Source of the DNA: Balanoglossus misakiensis
Lineage: Eukaryota > Animalia > Hemichordata
DNA: 64,000 nt
Reading direction: 5' to 3'
Assembly (NCBI GenBank): GCA_040954595.2
Contig: CM082584.2
Coordinates: 11,374,552-11,438,551 of the forward strand
The notes below the pieces were generated by a model. The model saw only the letters and a list, made by a program, of their open reading frames with translations. It made no database searches and was not told where the DNA came from. Position numbers and translations under genes: made by a program. The stretch's first letter is position 1. Every line of letters begins with the position of its first letter. This document shows, piece after piece, positions 37,401-49,400 of this stretch.

Positions 37401-40400
37401 TTATCTGAGTATTAAAAAGATGTGTTCAATTGCTTGATGCCGTGAGGTTGAATATCGGGTGAATTGTGTATCATCGTGTGTTGGTAGTGACGATGAGGGT
37501 TCACCATCATTTGCGAAAACGTTTGGGAAAGGTTTTTCCGTAGTTGATCACATATGGAACATGGCAAAACCCACCAGAAGGGATTTGGCAATATGGACGC
37601 ACTTATTATTTTATTTCTAATCATTAGTTATGAGCCATTCATGGACTAATTACAAAGTAAAACTTATTGCTTGTGTTCGGATATCAAATATGGCAATTTG
37701 TTTTGTAATTTTGAACAGAAGACACGATCAATACAGCTAGAAAAAAGATTTATGTATGTAGAGGTTGCTTCCTGGAAGCAATGAGCAAGTGTATTGTAAC
37801 AAACGCATGTAAATTAAAGTGAACAATTTTGCTATATACAGTTATCAATCGATTGACAATATCTGAATACTTTTTTGTCTCAATGAATCGTCCAAAAAGA
37901 GAACTGTAATTTTGGGCATTTGGACCACAAGTTGACCGTATGATATGAGAATTACATGCCAGGAAAACGAGTACCAGCATACATGTAGGCTATTGTGCAC
38001 TATGATAAATTGCATTGTGATTGCATTGCCACGTCTGTAGGCACCATACCGTGTTGCTGGAAATATTGGAATTATAATTTTGAAAGAAATGATTTCAATT
38101 GTTCTATGGGTGGACCTTGGAAATTCATTGTATTTTATGTGTTTATACAATGGTTTATTAAGCCCACTTTGTAAATGGTCAAACAATGGTATCCATCATT
38201 GTAACAGTTGTGTGTTGAATAGCCTGGTATTAAAAAAGACAATCGAGCTAGGTGGTGTGGGTGAATTCGGTTTAGCCTAGGGAGTCCAAATGATGATGCT
38301 GGAGGATACCGCTGCCAATTACACCGAGGTAAAAAAATAATCAAAAATATTTTTTTATCGAAAATTTATAATTTTTTTGTGGCAACTGCATGAAAAGGTA
38401 GAGTTTGTTTGCTTTCTTGAGTGTGTGTTCGTCATTTTAGATGAATTCAACTTCGAAGTATGGAGCTGAACGTGAGTGTAGAGATGAGTGGTTGTCAACT
38501 GTTGATTTCCCCGGCACCTGTCATAAGCTTTGCCACATCGCTGGGGTGTAGCCTGCCCCTGCTCCATATGGGAAACTGAGAGCATGGTCCACAGTGGCAC
38601 AATGCAGAAACGAACGTTTGCATTCATTTCGAGTCTGTGTAAACTACCTGAATTCTGCAGTTTTTCATGTGCCTTTCATTGTGAGGTTTTTTTGCAAGAC
38701 CCATGAGGGCTTGGTGATTTTTTGGAAAAATGGCTTCATTGGCTGTCGGCTTTCAGTCCAGGTTTGAATATTTATCCCGTGTAAATGATGAGAGTTGGGA
38801 TGTATCTTCCCCTTAAGCTGCTGAGATTGTCTGGTTTAAAACATTCTCTGACTCAAATTGTTGTTTCTCTGATAAACCCTGCAGGCATACTAAATTTACT
38901 GTCACGAAACACGTTGAATGTTTCCAACCTGTTGCTTCTGGAATAAGCCTCATCTAGGGAGCAGAGTTGTGTCTGGCATGTATTTGTCAATGATGCTCAA
39001 ATTACTGTTCATAGCAAGTAATATATAAGCTGACCATGGATTGTATACTGTGTTTTCTATTGATTTATAAATTATAAAACCTGGTTTGTGCATGTGTGCC
39101 AAATGCATCTGTAATTGTGACATAAATCGTGTTTCTAGACTTGCCCTGGTATCCGCGGTTAATCACCAAATGATTTTGTTAATCCCTGGAAATTACAAGA
39201 TTTGATTGTTTAAAATGAAAACATTGGTGTTTAAAATGAAAACATTGGTTTTACAGCTTGCAGGAGATGCATGGTGCTTGAATTTTTTATCTGTGATCAC
39301 AGACCACACGAGTTTTCCCTTCCAATAATCAAATATGCAACGTTTAGAAATATGCTGGTCCTGAAATTCCGGGTTTCCAATGCTGAAGTTTCTTTCAAAA
39401 TTCTGTGCGTTTTTTTCATTTTTGCAATGGAGCAAAGCAAGGAGGAACAGCCAATATAAAGAGCTTGTTAATGAGGACATCTGTACAAAAAGGCTTTATT
39501 TCCACATCATTAAGTATAGTCATTTTTAAATAGAGGCAGAGATGATGAATACACAGCCGTAAGTGACACGTGGCCACTCACTATTGATACAGTGTTTGGA
39601 TTCCACAAATGAAGTGTGAATTGGGCTATTTATTAAAAAAGGAGGTATCCAAGCAGCCATCTTGTATAATTGTGCTTTGATAGCCAGTGTGACCATCTCA
39701 TGTCGGGAAGTAAAATTGTTTCTGGAAAGCACGCCTGCATTTGTCACAGACTTTCTGTTGTCCGCAGACCCTGCATAATTCCAATATTGTGCAACATGCG
39801 GAACTACCAGGGCTTTCTGCAAAATGCAAATGTGGGTGGGACTGGGATGGTTGTAACAGCTTGTTAATTGTTGCCTTTGATGTTCGCTGCCCCTGCTGTG
39901 TGGAGCTCCTGTGGTCTAGTCAGTCAGTCGGGGTTTTTCCTCCGAAACAATCCATCCAAGCAGACATAATGTCGATGTCATTCCAGTTACACATAATGAC
40001 TGTGTTTTGTATTCACTGTAAATAAAGGACTACCAGTTTAATGGCACCTGTTGCTGTACTCCCCACACACTTGTCGTTTTTGATGTAGATTACTGTAAAA
40101 TAATCAGATGATACAGATAGTCTGTTTTTTAATGAAAGCTATTATGTGTAAATGTAAAATTACGCAGGGATTTAAACCTCAATTATACCCAGGAAATTAT
40201 TGTTATGTTAACAAGTATAGTTGATTGGTGCCTATTTCCTCCAGTGGGGGAATGGGCCATTGAAGAGCCTATATTTCCACAACATTGGGTCAGATAATGC
40301 CTTTACATGATAAAATCTGAGGACAGCAAGAGTTCTGAATACATTCTGGCTGAGGTTTTTTCTTGGAATATTAGTAGCAAGCACTTATGTTTATTCTCTT

Positions 40401-43400
40401 TTTTTTTATCAACAGGTAAAGCTTGATAACAAGAATGCAGGTAAAGCCTCGCGGGTTGTCCACATTCGTAATGTACTTAGCGATGCAACAGAGTCGGAGG
40501 TCATTGCGTTGGGTGTGCCTTTCGGTCGTGTGACCAATATTCTCCTGTTGAAGGGTAAAAACCAGGTATGGCAGTTCATTTGTTACGGACCCCTGCTAAG
40601 TTATTTTTAGTAGTGCAGCATATGATGATATGACCTCGCAGACATTTGGAATTAAAGTGCACGTTATTCATGTAGTGTTTTAAATGTAGCATACAGTGAA
40701 ATATCATGCAGATCACGCAATTTTGATTTCAGTGCAGTGGTTAATAATTTGTGGAGAAAAATCAGTCTCACTCTGAGTTTGTGCTATTTCTTTGCTTCTC
40801 AGGCATTTTTAGAGATGGAGAATGAGACAGCAGCCACAACGATGGTCAATTACTATTCCCACGTCACGGCTAACATCAGGGGAAAACCAGTGTATGTACA
40901 GTTCTCAAATCACAAGGAATTAAAGACAGAAAATGCCCCAGCACAACAGGTGAGCAGCGAAACAGAGATTGAGCAATCTCAAATTCGATTGGTTGAGTGC
41001 GATCTGATTTATTCAAATGCACCAATGGGAGGACTTGATGTAATTGCCACTTGTCTCTATATTGTACACTACAAGGCTTGCTGCTGCAGATTTCATTACG
41101 AACGACAAGGAGGTTGTAATGTGAGAATGATTCTCTTGATTGTAATTGGGTTGCTCTATTGTAATCTAATCGCTGCCATTGCTGGGTTTCACCTCAGTAG
41201 ACACAGGAAGTTGGTATTCACGGGGTGTTTCCTGCAACTGACCGCAGTCCATAATGCTCCATCCGTTGATAAAAGCATGCCAGTGTTTGCATTCATTGTT
41301 TCAAGTTCATTGTGACCTCTTGAACCAGTACAGGATGTATGAAATTATAACTTGCAGCCACTGTACAAGAATACTGATGGGAAGAGCAACACTAGGAAGC
41401 ACAGCATATTGGAAGTATATTTCTCAAGAGTGAACGTTTGCCAAGCATTCTAACTGCTGTTCTTCCTCCCTCTGCAGACGGCTGCGGCACAGGCTGCCCT
41501 AGCAGCGGCCCAAGCACTCATGCCACAGACGCAAGGTGCACAGCCGGGTGACACCCTGGGTGGACAGAACACAGTGCTCCGAGTTATTGTAGAAAACATG
41601 CTTTATCCAGTAACCATCGATATCCTGCATCAAATCTTTTCCAAATTCGGAGCTGTCCTCAAGATCATCACATTCACCAAAAATAGTAAGCATTTTTTCT
41701 CAGGAATACTGTTTATCTCAATATGACATAGACATAACAGCTAGAGTTTCCAAGGCAGTAGTCATTGAAAAGCCAACTCAAAATCTCAAACGTTGCATCA
41801 CAAATTTTGAAAACTTCGCCACTTGAGGGCGTCCTTGGGTATAAATCTCAGTCCCTGGTTGCATCGAGTTACATGTTAGTATTTTGCTTTTCATCTGCAG
41901 ACACCTTCCAGACCTTGATACAGTACGCAGACTCAGTATCTGCACAGGCTGCCAAACTGGTAAGTGGCGGTACAACTGTATACTGTGTGGGAACTTGGAT
42001 ATGTTTAAGAATGTTGGGGAGTTATCGCGAATCTGGTGGCCAGGGAGGTCAAGAAACTGCAAGAATGGGGGAAATGTAGCAATCAGGGGTACAATCCTGT
42101 AGCAGAGATGTTTTTTTTTTTTGTCAATTTGTACGTTTGAATGAGCGGATGAGATTTCTGTGAACTCCATGCATGCATGCAGTGAGAACCCCGACGTTCT
42201 GCTTTGCTTTTCAGTCGCTGGACGGACAGAACATCTACAACGCTTGCTGCACGTTGCGCATTGAATATTCCAAATTGACCACCCTGAATGTGAAATACAA
42301 CAATGAGAAAAGCCGCGATTACACGAGGCCCGAGCTGCCCTCAGGTGACGGACAGCCTTCACTTGACCCTGCAATGGCTTATGGTAGGTCATGGTTTACG
42401 GTAGGCTTTGATCTGGATGAAACCAGTTTGAACAGGTGTCCCCCTACGTACCAGGTTGGAGCAGGAAACGACAGCAACTGGTTTGAACTGGTTTTCCCCC
42501 AGATTGAAGCAGTGTGAATCACACACAGGCAAAATGTGCTCTAACCCAAACTGACTGGTTTGAACTGGTTCTCAATGTATCTCAACAAGATCTAACTTCT
42601 CTCCTTCTCACGAATAATCTGCCTTTATCGACTAATTTGCACTTCTAATGTAACTCAATATCTTTAACGTTTGATAAGCTATGTAGTGCCTTGTATTTCA
42701 ATATTCCTCACGGCTTTTTCCTCTCACGATTGGTGGTGGGTCACTTCTGGTGCTTAATATTCCATTCCATGATAGGGATGTGGGACTTCAAAAAACTTTC
42801 CCTTTTTTTCTCTCTCTGTCTCTGTCTTGCTGTTGCCTCATTTCTTGTCACTGAACTCACTGTTTTTTGTCATGACACTTTCACTGAAGAATTTTATTTT
42901 AAGCGCATTTTTTTACACTTTCATGTTGATGGATTGATTGCTGCTCATTGAACATGCCACTCACAAAATTGTAATGTCGTCGTACTCATTTGTGCCGTCA
43001 CATGTCACTTCCATTACCATCCCCCACCCATCCGTCCACCCAAGGCATACATACACAACTTTTCAGCCCTGGTTTTGGGCCTCTCCCTTGGGTGTGAATG
43101 GTTCATTCCACTAGCAGTGGGTGGGATGGGGTGGGGGCAGTGGGATGGAATTACAATCTTGTACACATTGTGTCTTTCCCAAACCACCCCTTCATCGTAA
43201 TCATGCAGCCATGTTTGAGGATTAGCCAATTGTATGGGAAAAAAATGTATCCCTGATGGGTTGAGAAAGGCACAAATTTGTACGAAATCAGCACAAATGC
43301 ACCTACTACCACTTGCTTATCAAGTCATCTCTGTACGTAAACCTGCGTCGTTTCTTGTACTGAAAATTTCCATCTGTCTTGGCAAAAATCAGCGAAGAAG

Positions 43401-46400
43401 GCGTAAAAATATTTGGACTGACAAGGCACAGGAGATACAGAGATGATTTGCATTGTATAAGACAACTGGCATTGGTCAAATTGTGTGTCTAGCACATGCT
43501 TTTAGTTGAACTGTAAATGTGGTAATGGTAACAACACTATAGCAGCCATGTGTGTATTTTGTAAATGCGTGAAAACATCCATGTCATAATATACACCAAA
43601 TAACTCTCCAGAACATACCTGACTTATTCCAACCACAACACACACACACTTGCTTTCTCTCCAACAGGTTTGCATTCATCCGTAACACCCACACACAATT
43701 TTTATTTGCCTCCCAAAGTTAACTTTCTACATTAACAGTTAAGAATGCCATCTCTCAGCTAATCATATGAGAGCGTTCATTCATTGTGCACTTGACCGTG
43801 TGAATTCAGATCATTAACCAATCACCACAGTCGGTGCCTTTTTTTACACACCTGTGCATCGCAACATTCACACGTCAACATTCAATCCATGTACCATATG
43901 ACCATTTCTTTATTTTTTTGTCTCTCTCTCTCTCTCTCTCTCTTTCTTCGCCAACATTATGACATATATTATTTTTCAAGCTAACTGATCCCCACCCCCT
44001 GTATTTTCAGGGAGTGCAGCTCCTGGTATGTTGCCCACCCCATTTGCTACCGCCACAGGGGCTGCTTTTGCTAACCCAGCATTGGCTGGATACGCGGGTG
44101 CTACAGGTATTCATTATTTCCATAATAACCAACTCTGTAGCGATTCTATAGCAACTGTTTTCCCGTCTGTCACCTCTTATTTTTTTCTCTTGTTAGCTCA
44201 AGATAAAAGACCTCACAAGATCTCACTCTGTCTTTCTCTCTCTAGTCCAGTCAGGAAAAAAAAAGCTGCTTAAAAATCTCCTGGACTCATTCTGCTGTCA
44301 TCTCTGATGTAGTGCATGATGTGTAAACCGCATAAGTATCATTGTAGGACTTATTTGCCAGGGCTGAATATTGACAAAAACGAGTAGCATCAACTGGTTC
44401 AAACCAGTTTGACAGGTTTTTATAAAACTGACTATAAGATTGCTTCAGATGGTGAAGTTCAAGTGAGTTCAGACAGCTGTCAATAAGATCTTAGAACCTA
44501 GTTTGTGCACTTCACACAAATAATTCGATAGAGAGAGAAAATCAGGTCATACTTGGAGTTTACAAAATTGGTATAGGTAAGAATTATACTTGTGATGTCA
44601 AAGTGATGAAAGTTCCAACCAGTTCCAACAGACTTTCACCTAGGAACACAAGTGTAGACAGTGCATTGAGACTGGTTCAAACCAGATCAAGCCAGTTACT
44701 AGGTTAGATCGTTGTACGTGGTTCAAACTGGTTCAACCAGTGATTTTTTCCCCTGAAAATATAGTATAGGTAGATCAGATTGTAGCGGAAATTCAATAAT
44801 AACCGACAGAATTTACAGCGATATCTTCAAATATTCATAAGTATTTACAAATGTCAAATGAGATGTATCTTTTGATTGTTAAATACAGTAAACCTGTCTA
44901 AACTGGACACCAAGGAAATGAAGAAACTTCTGCTTGCAAGGCACATTATATGTAAAAGGGACTGTTCTATATAGACAGGTTTCCAGATTACACAGCGTTC
45001 AGTTTAGACAGGTTCTACTGTTCTGCTCTCTCGAAGGTTTTTCTGCGTTTATATTTCTTACTTAAAGCCCCAGTAGCTGCCACTATCACTTGGTTCATTT
45101 GAATTGCACCATTCTATGTTTCAAAGAAAAATAATGCAAGAAAAATGGCAGCTATTGGGGACTCTAACCACTCTGGCATTTTGGCACTGAATTTTTTCGC
45201 CTCCAGATCGAACATGACTTCAGTCTACATTAACCTCTAGACCTCTGTCAATACTTTTCAGTGCCTGGGATGCCCGGGATATTCCCGGCAATGCCAACAG
45301 CAGCTGCAGCAGCAGCGGCCGGATTCCGGATGCCTGGAGCGATGCAGCAGGGATGTGTGCTCTTAGTGAGCAATCTGAACGCCGAGGTATGTAGTCTCTG
45401 TGTGCCATGCGCCGTACGACACATTTTATCCAGAACTGACTAATTTATTTTTCTTTTCTCTTGAAGTTTTTTTGGGAGAGTGGTTTAGGATTTTTGGTAG
45501 AGCTGGAATATTTGATGAATATATATGATACTGAGTCTAAAAAAAATGCAAAATATTTTAAATGAAAAAAAAAACAGAACAAATTTAAAAAGAGAGTGCA
45601 TACTATCACAATTTCCAACCTTTGGTTAAAATGGAACTGTATCGGATCTTTCTGTGTTCTTGTTCATTAGATCATAACATGGCTAAAAACAACAAATCAT
45701 GGTGCTATTAGAGTGAATGTGCTTTTTTAGAATCATGACTTAGATATCCCCACTGTGATGGAACTCTTCACATCATTGTTTTTATTTTATTTTATTTATT
45801 TTATTTCAAATTTATACCTCTATTCTGGCTTTTCGTGTTGCTCTAATAACTGGCTTCTATATTTAGTATTGTTAAAAAACCCAATATTATATAATCATGC
45901 CTTATTAGAGTATAATTGCTGATTCTTAATAATTTTCCCATGCAGTGTTTTTTTCTCTCTTCCAGTTTGCAACTTCATGTAACTCACTCCAGAATTCTCT
46001 CATGTGTTAGATTTCATATTATTTTTTAGTTTGTTTGTTTATTTTTTCGACACGTTTTGAAACATTCCTGATTTGCCGCTTTTCCGTAATCCCCAAGTTT
46101 TCCTGCATGAAAAAAAGCCATGGATCTTCTGTCACATGACTTCAGTGGCTCCGCATCTCATCATGGAGTTTTCCGGCTCTTCACGACTCCCTCCGATACC
46201 TCTTCATGACTACAAGCTTCACCGCCTCCCTTGTCTGCCACCACCACCATCTTGCTGGGCTTTTAACCCTTTCACCCCCCGTTTCCCTATGTCAAGGTCC
46301 AGCTTTACCTTAGAAAACAATGGATCCGGACCAAACCATGGTGGTGAAAGGGTTAACCAAAGCCTCCACACTCCTCACTGAATAACACAGACATTCAAAT

Positions 46401-49400
46401 ACATAAAGGATGAATCGCAATCAAAGCTCTTTTATTTTCCACGGCCAGTTCTTTCATTCTGAATAGTTGTTACATTGTACAACCAGAACCTGTCTATGAA
46501 TACTATTTACAACAAAACAGGGATGCCTATTGGGTAGTGGGGGATGCCAAAATATAACACAAAGCATTGAAAAAAATTCTGATTTCAAAGCAAATACAAA
46601 CACGCTTCTGGGAGATGGGGCTTTGCTTTTATTGTCTGTCAAATTAATCATCACCGTACAATTATTTCTTCTGGTTTATTTTCATTTTATAGAATACATG
46701 TAGGGCATTCTGTTCAAAGCATGCAGTCTTAACATCCTTTTCCACACACATTTCACATTCAAATCGTTCTGTTGGGTTTTTTCAATTCTCTTTTTTATTT
46801 TTCTGTTAATCTCGTAAATATTTACACACAGCTTTTCAACTGTGCGTCAAAGCATGCCATTCTCATATGTTTGTCAATAACATGTTTATTAAATATGATC
46901 ACTTTTCAGCTTTTGTCCAATAGGAACATCTATCTATTTCCGTCAGCATGTATTTTTTTTTCTCTTCGTACCCCCGGCACATCATCTCCGTCAATTTTTT
47001 TTTTTTTGGTTTTGTTTCAACTTTTCTATTTCTTTAGGTATGGTACGATGCATCGCTTCCTGCAAATTGATTTCCCCCCACTCCATCCCCCACCCCCCGC
47101 TTTGTGACTGTTTATCACCGAAGGCGCTACACAACACAAAAATCATGATTAGATAATAACAAGTCTTGCTTTATACGTCAACACACACTGTGTATCTGTG
47201 CCAGGGTTAACCCCAGCGGTCATTTCGTCATCTGAAATTCTCTCATGCAATAACAACATAATTTTATTTTTCCCCCTGTCTATCAATTTTATAATAACTA
47301 CATTTGCTTGTATGTATGGCATAACCAATCTTTAAAAAAAATCTCTCATTATAAGTTTGTCTCACCCAGCGGTTCAAACCCTAACCCTCAAGTTTGGTTT
47401 ATTTTGACCCTTTCACCCCCGTTTCCCTAAACTTGGATCCAACCATTTAGTTCAAAGACAATAGGGTTGGACTGAGATTTGGCGGTGAAAGTATTAGCGA
47501 AAAAAAAAAAAAAAAATCATGGTTCGTAGTTGGTGACAGTATTACATTGTACCTGGCTAGACAACTCTTGGCTATGTGGGAGGCTTTGTAGACAACAAAA
47601 AATCAGCTTCTTTAAACTCAGACATGCTAGTTACTCAAACTTTACACATATATATTTGTATTATATACACATTATGAATAATTTATCATTTACATATTGT
47701 ATACATGCTTTTCATGTGCTCTGTGGGATCATATGTAGTGTGTAGACTTGTGCTTTTGGGCGGGATGCTGTTGAAACTAGCATGTCTGATGTTGTCATGC
47801 TGTTCTCGTTATAGTAAACGTAAAAAAAACCCAGTAAAATTTGATATAAATGGCTAACACATTTCATAAAAACTTATGGCCTTGTTTCCATCTAACTTGT
47901 TTGACTAGCACTTGAACAAAAACATTGGACTTGCCTGACTAATCAGGAAAAAAACTTTCAACAAAAACGCTGCTACAGTCTCTGCTTGTTTCATGTTGTT
48001 TAACCACATCATGTGTTTGGCTTTGGATAATCAGTCGCTATAACTACCGCCTCCCACATTACCACTTCTCTGCTGGACGTCACGGTAACTGTCTCTCTGG
48101 TCTTAACCCTGGCATGGACAACTTCGATCGACTCTCAGAAAAGAATGACATATTTTTTACGAGAGTGAACAGATTTCGAAGCAAACAACCTTTTTTTTAT
48201 TTACCCCCCATAATCTCCCCCCAATGCTAATAATTCCATATTTTCCACACATGGAATGGCTTACGGAATGAGCTGACACTGACCATCTCAATTCATCTTT
48301 CCGTCTCTCCTCTATATGCCTTCTACTGTGTCCTGTGTATATTGTATTGCCTTACCCATCTCTGCCTCTACCTGTGTTGTGTCGTACGTACGTACGTAGC
48401 TGGTCACGCCTGAAGTTCTCTTTACTCTCTTTGGTATGCACCCTTTTTATGTTATTTTTCTCGAGTCATAATTTAACAAAAGTAGTCATAGTAGTTTTCA
48501 TAGCTTTAGTAGTTGTGTTTAAAAGACAATTTTTTTTAAATTATAAAAAAAAAGAAAAAAAAATTACTTTGCATGTCGAGTTTGAACTAGCCTTTGCCTA
48601 GTTTGATCTTTTCAGGGTTTTGTCTAGATTTAAGATTGGCATGCCTCCAACTGCATGAGTGTCTTGTACCAAAGGAAAAAAAATACATTCATTTCCAAGT
48701 TGAGAATTTGAATAATTTTATTGTCCACTGCACTGTTTCGCTTTTGTTTGTGTATTTTATTTGCACCGGGCCGTACTTGTTGAGGATGAAGAAAGAAAGA
48801 AAAAAATCAATTTGCATGATGACCGCAGAAACATTGGAAGAAAATCTAAATTTCCATGTCTCTGAGAAAGATTTTGTTGTGAATACGTGTCAAGGGGGGA
48901 GTGATTTGTGAATTTCAAGGTGACAAAAAATCCGACCTCTGAGTCATTTCCGCACCATGACGTTGGACTGCTGCACCCATTTTTGTCATGTATTTATACT
49001 GCATGATTTTTTTATTATTAACTTGTTACTGGTCATTCTTTCTCTATTTTCAACAAGATTAACTTCTCTGTATATTATACCTCAGTGTATTTTATGTTTT
49101 GGCCTGCTGTTTATTTGCGCTTTTTCTGTTACCATCAAAAAAACAACAACTTTACTAATCGTGTAATCTATCGTGTGCTGTTGACATTCACTAGAGCAAA
49201 AAAAAAAAAACTTTACTTTTCAGTTTTAAAATGCACTTTTTAATAACCGAAAATTTCTGAAACCCGTCTTGAATTTTTCACCCTCTTCTGTTTTTATTAT
49301 TTCGGCATCAATAATCCTTCTGTATGGTCAGACATGTTGTGAACAGAGAGGGGACCTAGATCACTGAGAATGTCTCGTTTGTCTTTTTTTGTGTTTTGTC

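Noticed and set aside
43650-43690. Acceptor-like CAACAG|GTTTGC in PTBP intron 8
   Set aside because: No convincing donor giving a frame-compatible exon; insufficient support.
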